DNA of 52,958 bases from a virus (Duplodnaviria; Caudoviricetes): positions 1 to 52,958 of the IMG/VR virus record IMGVR_UViG_3300032241_000243; one strand, written 5' to 3'. Below the pieces are notes generated by a model that was not told the DNA's origin, made no database searches, and saw only the letters and a program-made list of their open reading frames with translations. The position numbers and the translations under genes were made by a program. Positions 45,393 through 52,958 of this stretch are shown here, piece after piece (within the stretch, counting starts at the first letter, position 1; each line of letters opens with the position of its first letter).

Positions 45393-45649
45393 TACATTCC
45401 CTTTTTCTTGTGATAAGTCTTAAAAGCAGTCACACCCTGCTTTACAGAGGTAATACCTTTTTTCTCTGTCAAGTTATGAGTAGCACTCGTACCTTTGCGA
45501 TGATGCGTATGGTCAATCATCACATTACCCATCTTGTCTTTATAGACCTTGTGGGTAGAGCGGGGCGCTTTGCCAGGAACACCGATGGTTAATGTTGCAG
45601 GTGGTTCTGGCTTTTCCTCTTTAGGTTTATTACTTTCCGTGTTTGCCAT
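45392..45649 (-). CDS. Small basic protein, paralogue of 45630-45851
   Basis: HKVYK...G.V.IDH...LT.K.G...VKQGV...K..H. Confidence 0.7.
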   Translation of the reverse strand: MANTESNKPKEEKPEPPATLTIGVPGKAPRSTHKVYKDKMGNVMIDHTHHRKGTSATHNLTEKKGITSVKQGVTAFKTYHKKKGM

Positions 45650-45851
45650 GGGACTTATGCCATTGCTTTACAGAGAGGACACCTTGCTTAACAGTCTTGA
45701 CTCCAGCCTTATCGGTTAGGTCAATCTTGTCCCATTTACCGTTGTTCTTACCTACATGGTCAACAATGACGTCCCCGTCTTTGCGCTTGTAGACACGGTG
45801 ACCTTTGCCGCCTGCTTCAACGAATGCTGGGTTTTCTTTCTTCTTGGCCAT
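45630..45851 (-). CDS. Small basic protein, paralogue of 45392-45649
   Basis: HRVYK...G.V.VDH...LT.K.G...VKQGV...K..H. Confidence 0.7.
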   Translation of the reverse strand: MAKKKENPAFVEAGGKGHRVYKRKDGDVIVDHVGKNNGKWDKIDLTDKAGVKTVKQGVLSVKQWHKSHGKHGK

Positions 45852-46019
45852 TTACTTTTTCTTTCCAGCCTGTGCCATCTTCTCCATCTTCTTAACGCCG
45901 TACTTCTTCATGCCAGCAGCCGCAGCAACTGCAGCAGGGTTCTTAGCGCCAGACTTCTTAGCCTCTTCTGCAACTTTTTTAAAACGAGATCCTGTACCTA
46001 GGTTTGCTTCTTTAGCCAT
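45852..46019 (-). CDS. Tiny Lys/Ala-rich protein (55 aa)
   Basis: Read manually: MAKEANLGTGSRFKKVAEEAKKSGAKNPAAVAAAAGMKKYGVKKMEKMAQAGKKK. Confidence 0.75.
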   Translation of the reverse strand: MAKEANLGTGSRFKKVAEEAKKSGAKNPAAVAAAAGMKKYGVKKMEKMAQAGKKK

Positions 46020-46020
46020 T

Positions 46021-46170
46021 TTACTTACCTGATTTCTTTCGTTGTTCGGATAGGGCGATTGCTACTGCTTGCTTCTTAGACTTAACGACTGGACCCTTTT
46101 TAGACCCTGAGTGTAACTTACCTTCGTTGTACTCTTTCATGACTTTTTTAATCTTGCCTGTATCAGTCAT
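46021..46170 (-). CDS. Tiny basic protein (DUF6496-like, 49 aa)
   Basis: Read manually: MTDTGKIKKVMKEYNEGKLHSGSKKGPVVKSKKQAVAIALSEQRKKSGK. Confidence 0.78.
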   Translation of the reverse strand: MTDTGKIKKVMKEYNEGKLHSGSKKGPVVKSKKQAVAIALSEQRKKSGK

Positions 46171-46294
46171 CTTCTTCATCAAAGTCATCCTCATCTGTTA
46201 GGTCGTCGTATAGGTCTTCAGAGATTAAACCTAAATCCAGAAGTTCTTCTAGGCTAGGCTCATCATCAAAGATATCATTCTCATCGTTTGCCAT
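46163..46294 (-). CDS. Tiny hyper-acidic protein (43 aa)
   Basis: Read manually: MANDENDIFDDEPSLEELLDLGLISEDLYDDLTDEDDFDEEDD; AAGGAG RBS. Confidence 0.7.
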   Translation of the reverse strand: MANDENDIFDDEPSLEELLDLGLISEDLYDDLTDEDDFDEEDD

Positions 46295-46303
46295 AGCGTC
46301 TCC

Positions 46304-46837
46304 TTAGTTGGCGTAGGCTTGAAATTGTGGGTAGTTAACCAACTCTTCAGAGTTAACTTGGTTGCAGTCAATCGACACAATCGCATAGCGGTTAGCGTAG
46401 AGGCCGCGAGGAGCAACTCGTGTAGGGCGGTAAACGTCGTTCTGGAAGATGATCATATCTTTGATATGGTCGGTTGGGTCAATAATCATGCTTGGGATTA
46501 AACGATTTAGGTCTGCTACAGCCACGGTTAGGCTCATGGTGTCAACTGTGTAAAAGCCTCGCTCATTAGGCTCATTGTCGCCGCGTTGTACTCTGGCAGC
46601 AATTACTGGGAGAATAATAGGGGAGTTCCAACGAAGACCCTGGTTTGTTGTTTGGTTAGACACATCATAAATCGGGTCTACCCAAGTGCTGGAGTTTTCA
46701 GCCAAAGCATTGGGATCCCAAACCCACCAGTCAACCTGGTTACCTACAGGGATGCGAAGATCATCTACTGTACCCTCGTCATTGGACATGGTCTCGTAGT
46801 CAATGGAAAATCGTCCCATACGTTGGTCTCCGCGCAT
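46304..46837 (-). CDS. Head-closure / neck-like structural protein
   Basis: DP.YD....G..W..P..LPV, RG.YT.D, D...F...VY; leaderless start (CATACT-N6-ATG). Confidence 0.55.
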   Translation of the reverse strand: MRGDQRMGRFSIDYETMSNDEGTVDDLRIPVGNQVDWWVWDPNALAENSSTWVDPIYDVSNQTTNQGLRWNSPIILPVIAARVQRGDNEPNERGFYTVDTMSLTVAVADLNRLIPSMIIDPTDHIKDMIIFQNDVYRPTRVAPRGLYANRYAIVSIDCNQVNSEELVNYPQFQAYAN

Positions 46838-46878
46838 GGATTAAGTATGAGGTATTCATTTTCTAAAAGTGGGTGAAA

Positions 46879-47385
46879 CTATGACCACCCTGCGGTCTGT
46901 GAAATAGCCTGCATGTCAGGTTCGGCGTTTAAACGTAGTTGTTTGTAGGTTCCTCGCTCAAACTCAAAGTCCTCAGTAGTTTGCATAAAGGGGCAAAAAG
47001 TCCGTCCCTGTACCATACAGGGTTCGTGCATGGGCAAATGATCAGATCTTATTTGAATACCCCGTATGCCCTTTACCGAAGTCCAACGAATACATTGTTC
47101 ATCGTCACTAAACTTTACGCCACAGTACCCGCATAACCCTTCTTCGTATACTTTTTTCTCTCGGTCTATAATTAGGCCAAGATTGCTTGGATTAGGATTA
47201 CTTAAAGATGACACATCTTTTCTACCAAATACAGGAACGGATTGCCAAGGTATAGGAAGTCTTTTATGTTTAAATGTAGTTTTGTTGTTTCCTCTACTTA
47301 GGAACTCTTCTGAAAGATCGTAGTAGGGTCTAGGAAGACCGATATGGGCGCTGGACTCGTCAGTCCACTCTTGACGTTTACTCAT
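46879..47385 (-). CDS. Hypothetical Zn-binding protein
   Basis: LPIPW, LCGYCG, PMHEPC......CPFM. Confidence 0.65.
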   Translation of the reverse strand: MSKRQEWTDESSAHIGLPRPYYDLSEEFLSRGNNKTTFKHKRLPIPWQSVPVFGRKDVSSLSNPNPSNLGLIIDREKKVYEEGLCGYCGVKFSDDEQCIRWTSVKGIRGIQIRSDHLPMHEPCMVQGRTFCPFMQTTEDFEFERGTYKQLRLNAEPDMQAISQTAGWS

Positions 47386-47401
47386 ACTTTAATAGTTCTT
47401 T

Positions 47402-48106
47402 TTAATCATATTGCTTTTTTTTCCAAAAGTTCTTCTTGTACCAAGAGTCTATTCCCGCTGCTAAGGAGGAGTTTAATGATGCTTCTTTTAACAAGTTAGG
47501 AGAGTATTTTCTTTTCCAGTTTTCTCTCTTAAATAGTAGGACTTGAGCAAAAGGAGTTCCAGCAGGAATTATTCCCTCAAAGTTTGAATCAAAATAAACG
47601 GGTAAATTTCCAGGGTGCATAACAAACTCTCCGTCTAAAACCCCGTTTAAAGTTACAAACGGTAAATCATAACGGTTTAAAGGGTGAACGATAGCCGCGC
47701 TATACCCTTTAGGGATTTTAAATCCTGTTTGTAATTTCCATGCAAACTGGGTTGGATAGCATCCTTTTGGAACAGGTATACTGATGTTGGCCATGGGAAT
47801 ACGTGCGTCCACGACCGTGACGTCTGAAGACGACCAACTTACAGACGGACCCTTTTCAGTTTGCTCTACTGCAATGTCTACTGGAGTTGACAGCATGTAC
47901 CCTGTAGTAAACGCATCTAAGAATGCTACACATGCTTTAACTCCCTTTTTGTGAGGAAGACGAACTAGTGGAACTCTAGTGTCAGTACTATGCATCGGAA
48001 GTTTTTTATACCATTCTGGTATAAATTGTTTTGAAGGAGATACCTTGGGGTACGCTTCAGATGTTACGTAGTGCTCAAAAACAGTTTTTGGTTTAAACCA
48101 CAGCAT
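47402..48106 (-). CDS. dUTPase-fold-like conserved phage protein (DUF6065-like), paralogue 2
   Basis: PEWYK, K.C..FLDA...GY, PKGYS, PF..L.G..D, FEG.IPAGTP..QV..FKRE.W, YK..FW.KK.Y. Confidence 0.6.
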   Translation of the reverse strand: MLWFKPKTVFEHYVTSEAYPKVSPSKQFIPEWYKKLPMHSTDTRVPLVRLPHKKGVKACVAFLDAFTTGYMLSTPVDIAVEQTEKGPSVSWSSSDVTVVDARIPMANISIPVPKGCYPTQFAWKLQTGFKIPKGYSAAIVHPLNRYDLPFVTLNGVLDGEFVMHPGNLPVYFDSNFEGIIPAGTPFAQVLLFKRENWKRKYSPNLLKEASLNSSLAAGIDSWYKKNFWKKKQYD

Positions 48107-48295
48107 TACTTATACTCCTTTTTAGACCAAAACAATCTTTTATACCTATCATAAAACTTCGTTTCTAGTAATCTTTCTGAAGTCTCTGCATTTTCTGTGG
48201 AAAAATCAATAGCGCTTTTCCAATTCTCTCTTTTAAAAGGTATAACTTGAACTAAAGGAGTTCCAGCAGGAATTATTCCCTCAAAGTTTGAATCA
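47550..48295. repeat. 42-bp perfect direct repeat at 47550-47591 and 48254-48295
   Basis: AAAGGAGTTCCAGCAGGAATTATTCCCTCAAAGTTTGAATCA identical in both paralogues. Confidence 0.9.
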
Positions 48296-48816
48296 TTTAA
48301 AACAAACGGAAAATTAATGCCAGCGTTGTACGTATCTGTATCAACTACTCCCTCAAGAACAGAGAAGTAGACATTTGAGTGGTGAACAGGGGGGATGAAC
48401 AGGCAAGAGTATCCTTTAGGAGTTTTAATGCCCCAAGGGTTTAACCATTTAGGGTAGTGGTTACCACCAGATGCAGGATGGTAAGGGGCCTGTGCTAGGT
48501 TGTGCTCTGGTATTTGACTGGACCTACTACTTAACGTGTATGTCTTCTTACCAAAGCCGTCGTTTGAAACCAACAAATCAACATAAGTAGGGATTATGTA
48601 GCCAGAACATAGTGCATCAAAAACTGGCATACACTTTTTTATAGTCTGGTTCCACTCTTTTGAGATGTGGTTATAGACCCTAGTGGTGCTACCCATATAC
48701 GAATCAGTTTTTTTGTACCAATCAGGAAGGCACGAAGATGCAGGCACAGGAGAGTATCTAGGATCAACGTTGTATATCGGTATAGGGGTAAATTTAATTT
48801 CTTTATTATTTAACAT
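48106..48816 (-). CDS. dUTPase-fold-like conserved phage protein (DUF6065-like), paralogue 1
   Basis: PDWYKK, TIKKCMPVFDA, KW.NPW.IKTPKGYSCLF, GVVDTD, INFPF, GTPLVQVIPFKRE. Confidence 0.6.
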   Translation of the reverse strand: MLNNKEIKFTPIPIYNVDPRYSPVPASSCLPDWYKKTDSYMGSTTRVYNHISKEWNQTIKKCMPVFDALCSGYIIPTYVDLLVSNDGFGKKTYTLSSRSSQIPEHNLAQAPYHPASGGNHYPKWLNPWGIKTPKGYSCLFIPPVHHSNVYFSVLEGVVDTDTYNAGINFPFVLNDSNFEGIIPAGTPLVQVIPFKRENWKSAIDFSTENAETSERLLETKFYDRYKRLFWSKKEYK

Positions 48817-48891
48817 TTGTACACCTTATAGTAGACAACTGCACTAGTCAATGCTTGCGCGTGACAGTGCTACAGATTTGAGAGGTAACTC

Positions 48892-49413
48892 TTACGCAGA
48901 AGGTGGGGTATCCGCAGGAGTTGCTGCAGACGCTACCTCTATTTCAATAGGTGCTGGAGGGGCAACTACTGTTGCTTGGAGTGCTTTTTGTCGTGTAGCA
49001 TCACTTTCTAAGACTTCAAGGGGAGTTGGTTGTAAAGAGGCTGAAGTTGTGACCTCAATATCCCCGAGTGTAGTAGTAGGAAGTGTGGCTCTAGTATCAG
49101 GGGAGTTAAACTTTGTGCCATCCCATGTCCAAAGAACTTTAACATCAGGATCTGTAATTATAGGATTAGTTCCTGCTTCAGAACTGAAGTAAGTTGTTTC
49201 AATTTTAATCACAGTGTTGTTGCTGTCTAAAATTGCATACCGAATCTCTGGAGCATCAGAGAATGTTCCATCACTATTTTGTATTTTATTTAGGTAAGGG
49301 GCTTCTTCTCCAGAAACTGTAACAATTGTTTCTGAGGTTTCGATCTCACCATCAGTTTGATGATGGGCAAAAACTACTCCGTCTTTTAAATGTACATAAT
49401 GATTATCTGGCAT
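48892..49413 (-). CDS. Tail-fibre-associated protein (assembly-like)
   Basis: YA.LD.NN.V...WTWDGTKF..P pattern; located in the fibre region. Confidence 0.5.
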   Translation of the reverse strand: MPDNHYVHLKDGVVFAHHQTDGEIETSETIVTVSGEEAPYLNKIQNSDGTFSDAPEIRYAILDSNNTVIKIETTYFSSEAGTNPIITDPDVKVLWTWDGTKFNSPDTRATLPTTTLGDIEVTTSASLQPTPLEVLESDATRQKALQATVVAPPAPIEIEVASAATPADTPPSA

Positions 49414-49424
49414 TGTATCTCCTA

Positions 49425-49985
49425 TTAGTAGTATTCAATAACTTGGTAATTACATGGACCTGTTACTGTAATAGTGGTTGAGTTAGTAAGAGTTGCACCA
49501 TACGAAGCAGAGTATAGCCCAGAGGTAGTTCCGCCAGTTAGAGAAGTTGCATTCAAGCCAACGTTCATTCCGTTAGTATTCATGGCGTTCATAAACTGGT
49601 TAACAGCAGCGTATGTAGCAGCCGCAACACCTGAGTAGCGGTTACTAGCGTAGAATGTATAGTTACCACTGGCGCTCATCCCTTGCTGACCGTATGATCC
49701 ATAACCAAAGTTTGCGTTACCTTGGTTGTAAAGCATGTAATTGTCGATGCTTCCGTATGCTGCAGAAAATGAGATTCCAGAAGTAGACCCGTTAGCAGCG
49801 TTAATGGACCCAGACGCAGCAACCGTTCCTGCAGAACCTGTAGATGTAGCATAGACAAATGTTTTAGCAGTGTTAACTGCCGTAATAGTAATCGTACCCG
49901 AAGATGAGGCTGTACCTGTTTGCAGTGATTTAACTTCAGAAGCAAGACCTCCACCGCCTGATGCGGGAAAACTAGCAACAGCCAT
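49425..49985 (-). CDS. Ser/Thr/Gly-rich tail fibre or adhesin-like protein
   Basis: VKSLQ.G...ITAVN..K...L.NSTTI......QVIEYY. Confidence 0.6.
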   Translation of the reverse strand: MAVASFPASGGGGLASEVKSLQTGTASSSGTITITAVNTAKTFVYATSTGSAGTVAASGSINAANGSTSGISFSAAYGSIDNYMLYNQGNANFGYGSYGQQGMSASGNYTFYASNRYSGVAAATYAAVNQFMNAMNTNGMNVGLNATSLTGGTTSGLYSASYGATLTNSTTITVTGPCNYQVIEYY

Positions 49986-49986
49986 G

Positions 49987-50295
49987 TTATACGATCTCCA
50001 CTCCGCTAATTAAAAAGTTGACAGAAGTTGCTGAGGCAGAACCCGTGATCGTTTGAGAGGCGTTAAGAACCTGTTTAAGATCAATGAAAGTAGAGGAGTT
50101 TGCTGGAATAGACACTCCTGAAAGAACTGCGATACCATTGAAGTTAAGGGTAAAGGTTTGTGCAGAGCCAGAGGTATTAGCAGCCACAACGTTGGTGACA
50201 ACTGCTACTGCGCCCGAAGATGACGGCGCCGTATAAAGAGTAGTGTTCGATGTGGCAGCAGCGGTATTCGCCATCTGCTTGGATGTTGTAGCCAT
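49987..50295 (-). CDS. Small beta-sandwich tail-fibre partner protein
   Basis: TTLYT.P....VVTN.V..N...DLKQVL....TI.G.AS...V.F.ISGVEI; TACCCT at 50332-50327. Confidence 0.65.
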   Translation of the reverse strand: MATTSKQMANTAAATSNTTLYTAPSSSGAVAVVTNVVAANTSGSAQTFTLNFNGIAVLSGVSIPANSSTFIDLKQVLNASQTITGSASATSVNFLISGVEIV

Positions 50296-50365
50296 TAATT
50301 ACTACCTTTCCTAAAGATATGTCTATAGGGTAGGCATTTAGTTATGACTTGTAAGCCTAAACTGG

Positions 50366-50371
50366 TAATGT
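50366..50371 (+). promoter_or_regulatory. Putative -10 (TAATGT) of a leaderless + strand transcript
   Basis: 7 nt before the ATG at 50379; no SD. Confidence 0.55.
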
Positions 50372-50378
50372 TCCGCCC

Positions 50379-51380
50379 ATGAATCTTGTACAAAGGGCGG
50401 TTTCTCAGGGCGGCAAGTTGGCCCCCATTGTCATTTCAGATGGTCTAACGGCTGGTACAGGGTTGATGAACCCCTCAGTCTTTGTGGACGACGACGGGGA
50501 TATCCTCGTTAACCTGCGCCATGTCAACTACACCCTGTTCCACTCAGAGAACAAGCAGAGGTACCCAAGCCCATGGGGTCCTCTTTCGTACCTTCATCCA
50601 GAGAAAGATCAGCATCTTCGCACAGAGAACTACTTGTGCCGTCTTAACTCCGACCTTGTGATGACCGACCACGCTCATGTAGATATGCTCGATCTACACG
50701 AACCCACCTGGGAATTTGTAGGGCTAGAAGACGCTCGCCTCATGCAGTGGAATGGTCAGTACTTCCTCGTGGGCGTTCGCAGAGACACGACAGATACTGG
50801 TGTCGGTCGCATGGAGTACACCTGGATTGATATCGATAAAGACAAGTGGATAGTCAAAGAGACCCACAGAGTGCGCATTCCTGCCCCAGCACCTGATATT
50901 TCATACTGTGAGAAGAACTGGTACCCGATCCTTGATCGCCCATATCACTTTGTTAAGTGGACATCTCCTACAGAGATTGTTGAGGCTGATCCCAATACAC
51001 CACTTTGCGAACAAGTTTCACTTACAGACGGGTTGTCTACACTTAAAGACCAACGTGGTGGTTCTCAGATCATTAACTGGGGCGATTACAAGATCTGTAT
51101 TACTCATGAGGTTGATCTGTTTAAAAACTACCTTAATCAAAAAGACGGCATCTATAAGCACCGCCTGATCGTATGGGACAAAGATATGAACATGATCGGC
51201 GTTTCTCCAGAAGCGTTCACTTTCTTAGATGGTCGCATTGAGTTCTGCGTAGGAGCGGCTCAGTACCAAGATGACTTGCTTATCTCATTTGGCTTTCAAG
51301 ATAATGCTGCGTTTGTTCTACGCACTCCAAAGGTAATGGTAGACGAGATGATTGAAGAGGCACTCAATGCGCACCGATAA
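50379..51380 (+). CDS. Five-bladed beta-propeller glycosidase/phosphorylase-like protein (GH130/GH43-like)
   Basis: NPSV, N.R.VNY, GLEDARL, EKNW.P, RGGS, HE...Y.HR, IEFC.G, SFG.QD. Confidence 0.75.
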   Translation: MNLVQRAVSQGGKLAPIVISDGLTAGTGLMNPSVFVDDDGDILVNLRHVNYTLFHSENKQRYPSPWGPLSYLHPEKDQHLRTENYLCRLNSDLVMTDHAHVDMLDLHEPTWEFVGLEDARLMQWNGQYFLVGVRRDTTDTGVGRMEYTWIDIDKDKWIVKETHRVRIPAPAPDISYCEKNWYPILDRPYHFVKWTSPTEIVEADPNTPLCEQVSLTDGLSTLKDQRGGSQIINWGDYKICITHEVDLFKNYLNQKDGIYKHRLIVWDKDMNMIGVSPEAFTFLDGRIEFCVGAAQYQDDLLISFGFQDNAAFVLRTPKVMVDEMIEEALNAHR

Positions 51381-51945
51381 GATTGAAGCACTGGTAGTAG
51401 AACTATCAAAAGATCCTTTTAATCCTCGACTTAATCTCAATGTAGCCAAGGAGTACGAGCGACTAAACCAGACAGCCTCTGCTGCTTCGTTTTACTTGCG
51501 GGCTGCTGAGTATGGTGAGGACGATAAAGAAGTTGTATACGCATCTTTGTTGAAGATCTCTCAATGTTTAGCAGATCAAACAGGTCGAGAACACACCGTC
51601 ATTAACTCACTTATGCAGGCACTTACTGTTTGCCCAAATCGACCAGAAGCATACTTCCTCATCTCACAACTCTATGAGCGCCAAGCAAAGTGGCAAGAGT
51701 GCTTTACCTTTGCAGAATTAGGACTGGCTACACCTGATCATGACCCACTCCCAGTAGACGTGGGCTATTACGATCGTTACTGCCTAGAGTTTGAGAAGGC
51801 TGTATCTGGTTGGTGGATTGGTCGTAGTGAAGAGAGCCGTCAACTCTTTCATGACATTCTAAAGATCAAAGGCGTCAAGAAAGAGTACAAGGACTCAATC
51901 AGAAGTAATCTTGCCGCTATTTGGAAAGAAGAACACGCGGGTTAA
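51367..51945 (+). CDS. TPR-repeat protein
   Basis: A..FY.RAAE, QAL...P.RPEAYF..S..YE, AVS.WW.G; start at MRTDK overlaps the upstream gene. Confidence 0.8.
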   Translation: MRTDKIEALVVELSKDPFNPRLNLNVAKEYERLNQTASAASFYLRAAEYGEDDKEVVYASLLKISQCLADQTGREHTVINSLMQALTVCPNRPEAYFLISQLYERQAKWQECFTFAELGLATPDHDPLPVDVGYYDRYCLEFEKAVSGWWIGRSEESRQLFHDILKIKGVKKEYKDSIRSNLAAIWKEEHAG

Positions 51946-52958
51946 TAAGCACCCATGATGTTCATGATCTGGTTGTCGTTTGACCAGCGAACACCGTTTG
52001 TTTGAGTTGAGTCTGAGACTAGCGACCAACCCTTTGTTCCTTGTGCCAAAGTTGCGTAAGATCCAGATGCAGTTCCTACAAGGATAGTTCCTTGTGCAGT
52101 AAACGCAGATGTCGGAACATAACCAGCAGGTAGTGGTCCCTGAATACCCTGAGTACCTTGCAAACCTTGTGTGCCTTGAATACCTTGTGTACCTGCACCT
52201 GTAGTTCCTTGGTTACCTTGAGTACCAAATGTTCCTTGTGTTCCGTTGAATCCCTGGGTACCTGTGGCACCTTGAGTACCGTTGGTTCCTTGGGCACCTG
52301 TATTACCAGTTGTTCCTTGGGTACCTTGAACAGTTCCACTTGTGATGAGTGTTGCAGAGAAGTTAGTTCCGCTACCAGAAGAGTTTCCTTGTTGCAAGGA
52401 CTGGCTAGTTACTGGTGACCAAACGCTGAAGTCAATATAGTCAGTAGAGCCATTAAGGTAAATGACTTTGCTGCCTGACATAAAGTACGGATTGTTTGCA
52501 TCAGGTGTGCGCTGCAAGATAACTTCTGTGTTACCGTTTTTACGAATCTGAGCATTTGTTTGGTTTGTGCTGCTGAGCGATGACAATAGCGTGTTGTAAC
52601 TTATGTAGTAGTAACCAGCAATCTTAGGATTGAACTGATGCGAAGTAGTGTTGAGCCAACCTTGTGGGTCAGCATCAACAACAAAGTTAACGACAGTATC
52701 TGTCGAAGCAACTGTTAAGTTTTGGTTAGCACTCAAAAGGCCGATAGTTGTGTAACTGGTAGCAGTGAGCATTCCGCCATTAAGGCCTTGGATACCCTGC
52801 AAGCCTTGAGTCCCTTGAATGCCTTGGGTGCCTTGTAGACCCTGCAGACCCTGTTGACCAGTGGTGCCTTGTGTTCCGTTAGTTCCTTGTGAACCAGTAA
52901 TTCCTTGGATACCCTGAGTTCCTTGGGCACCTGTAGTTCCTTGGGTACCATTGGTGCC
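51942..52958 (-). CDS. Collagen-like tail fibre with a C1q-like domain; 5' end is outside the window
   Basis: Uninterrupted G-X-Y (GTQ/GIQ/GLQ) frame to base 52958; F.P..AGYY.I...IRKNG...IYLNGSTDYI; C-terminal IMGAY. Confidence 0.85.
   Translation of the reverse strand, partial: GTNGTQGTTGAQGTQGIQGITGSQGTNGTQGTTGQQGLQGLQGTQGIQGTQGLQGIQGLNGGMLTATSYTTIGLLSANQNLTVASTDTVVNFVVDADPQGWLNTTSHQFNPKIAGYYYISYNTLLSSLSSTNQTNAQIRKNGNTEVILQRTPDANNPYFMSGSKVIYLNGSTDYIDFSVWSPVTSQSLQQGNSSGSGTNFSATLITSGTVQGTQGTTGNTGAQGTNGTQGATGTQGFNGTQGTFGTQGNQGTTGAGTQGIQGTQGLQGTQGIQGPLPAGYVPTSAFTAQGTILVGTASGSYATLAQGTKGWSLVSDSTQTNGVRWSNDNQIMNIMGAY

Noticed and set aside
48841-48870. Hairpin GCACTAGTCA...TGACAGTGC as a terminator
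   Set aside because: Bulged stem, 11-nt loop and no U-tract; too weak to call.
77-49192. The many short + strand ORFs and nested - strand ORFs in the track
   Set aside because: They lie antisense to or inside well-supported genes, lack RBS and motifs, and read as shadow frames.
1-52958. Alternative genetic code or stop-codon reassignment
   Set aside because: TAA, TAG and TGA all end genes at sensible junctions, and coding density is high under code 11.
47402-52958. Diversity-generating retroelement (TR/VR pair) near the tail fibres
   Set aside because: No reverse transcriptase in the window, and the 42-bp repeat is identical with no adenine-specific mismatches.
1-52958. tRNA genes
   Set aside because: No T-loop GTTCRA cloverleaf was found in the few intergenic gaps by eye; tRNAscan-SE was not run.

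Overview
A 53-kb internal segment of a large contractile-tailed (myovirus-type) dsDNA phage genome. Almost all genes are on the - strand and densely packed. The host is most likely an actinobacterium, inferred from a WhiB regulator and several leaderless TANNNT-N6/7-ATG gene starts. Read right to left in the direction of transcription: (i) collagen/C1q tail fibre and small tail proteins, interrupted by an inverted glycosidase-like beta-propeller + TPR pair; (ii) two dUTPase-fold-like paralogues; (iii) a head-closure-like gene, then an operon of one tiny acidic and eight tiny Lys-rich proteins, most of them missed by the ORF track; (iv) tail completion, sheath, tube, a chaperone with a probable +1 frameshift, a short tape measure carrying M23 and lysozyme-like domains, baseplate genes and a holin-like gene; (v) replication/recombination: HTH initiator with an internal iteron/AT-rich origin, DnaC-like loader, DnaB, primase, EndoVII, SNF2 helicase, SSB, family A polymerase (Leu762), RecA, PD-(D/E)XK nucleases, WhiB, an inserted carbamoyltransferase, dNMP kinase, RuvC; (vi) SpoVS and a cluster of small proteins including GNAT-like and DUF7178-like domains; (vii) a three-gene operon of a Pol-beta nucleotidyltransferase, a degenerate HAD phosphatase and a degenerate TGT/DpdA-like protein with a Cys cluster; (viii) class II ribonucleotide reductase. 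No capsid, terminase large subunit, integrase, tRNA, rRNA or CRISPR array was seen. All calls come from recognising motifs by eye; no database search was run.
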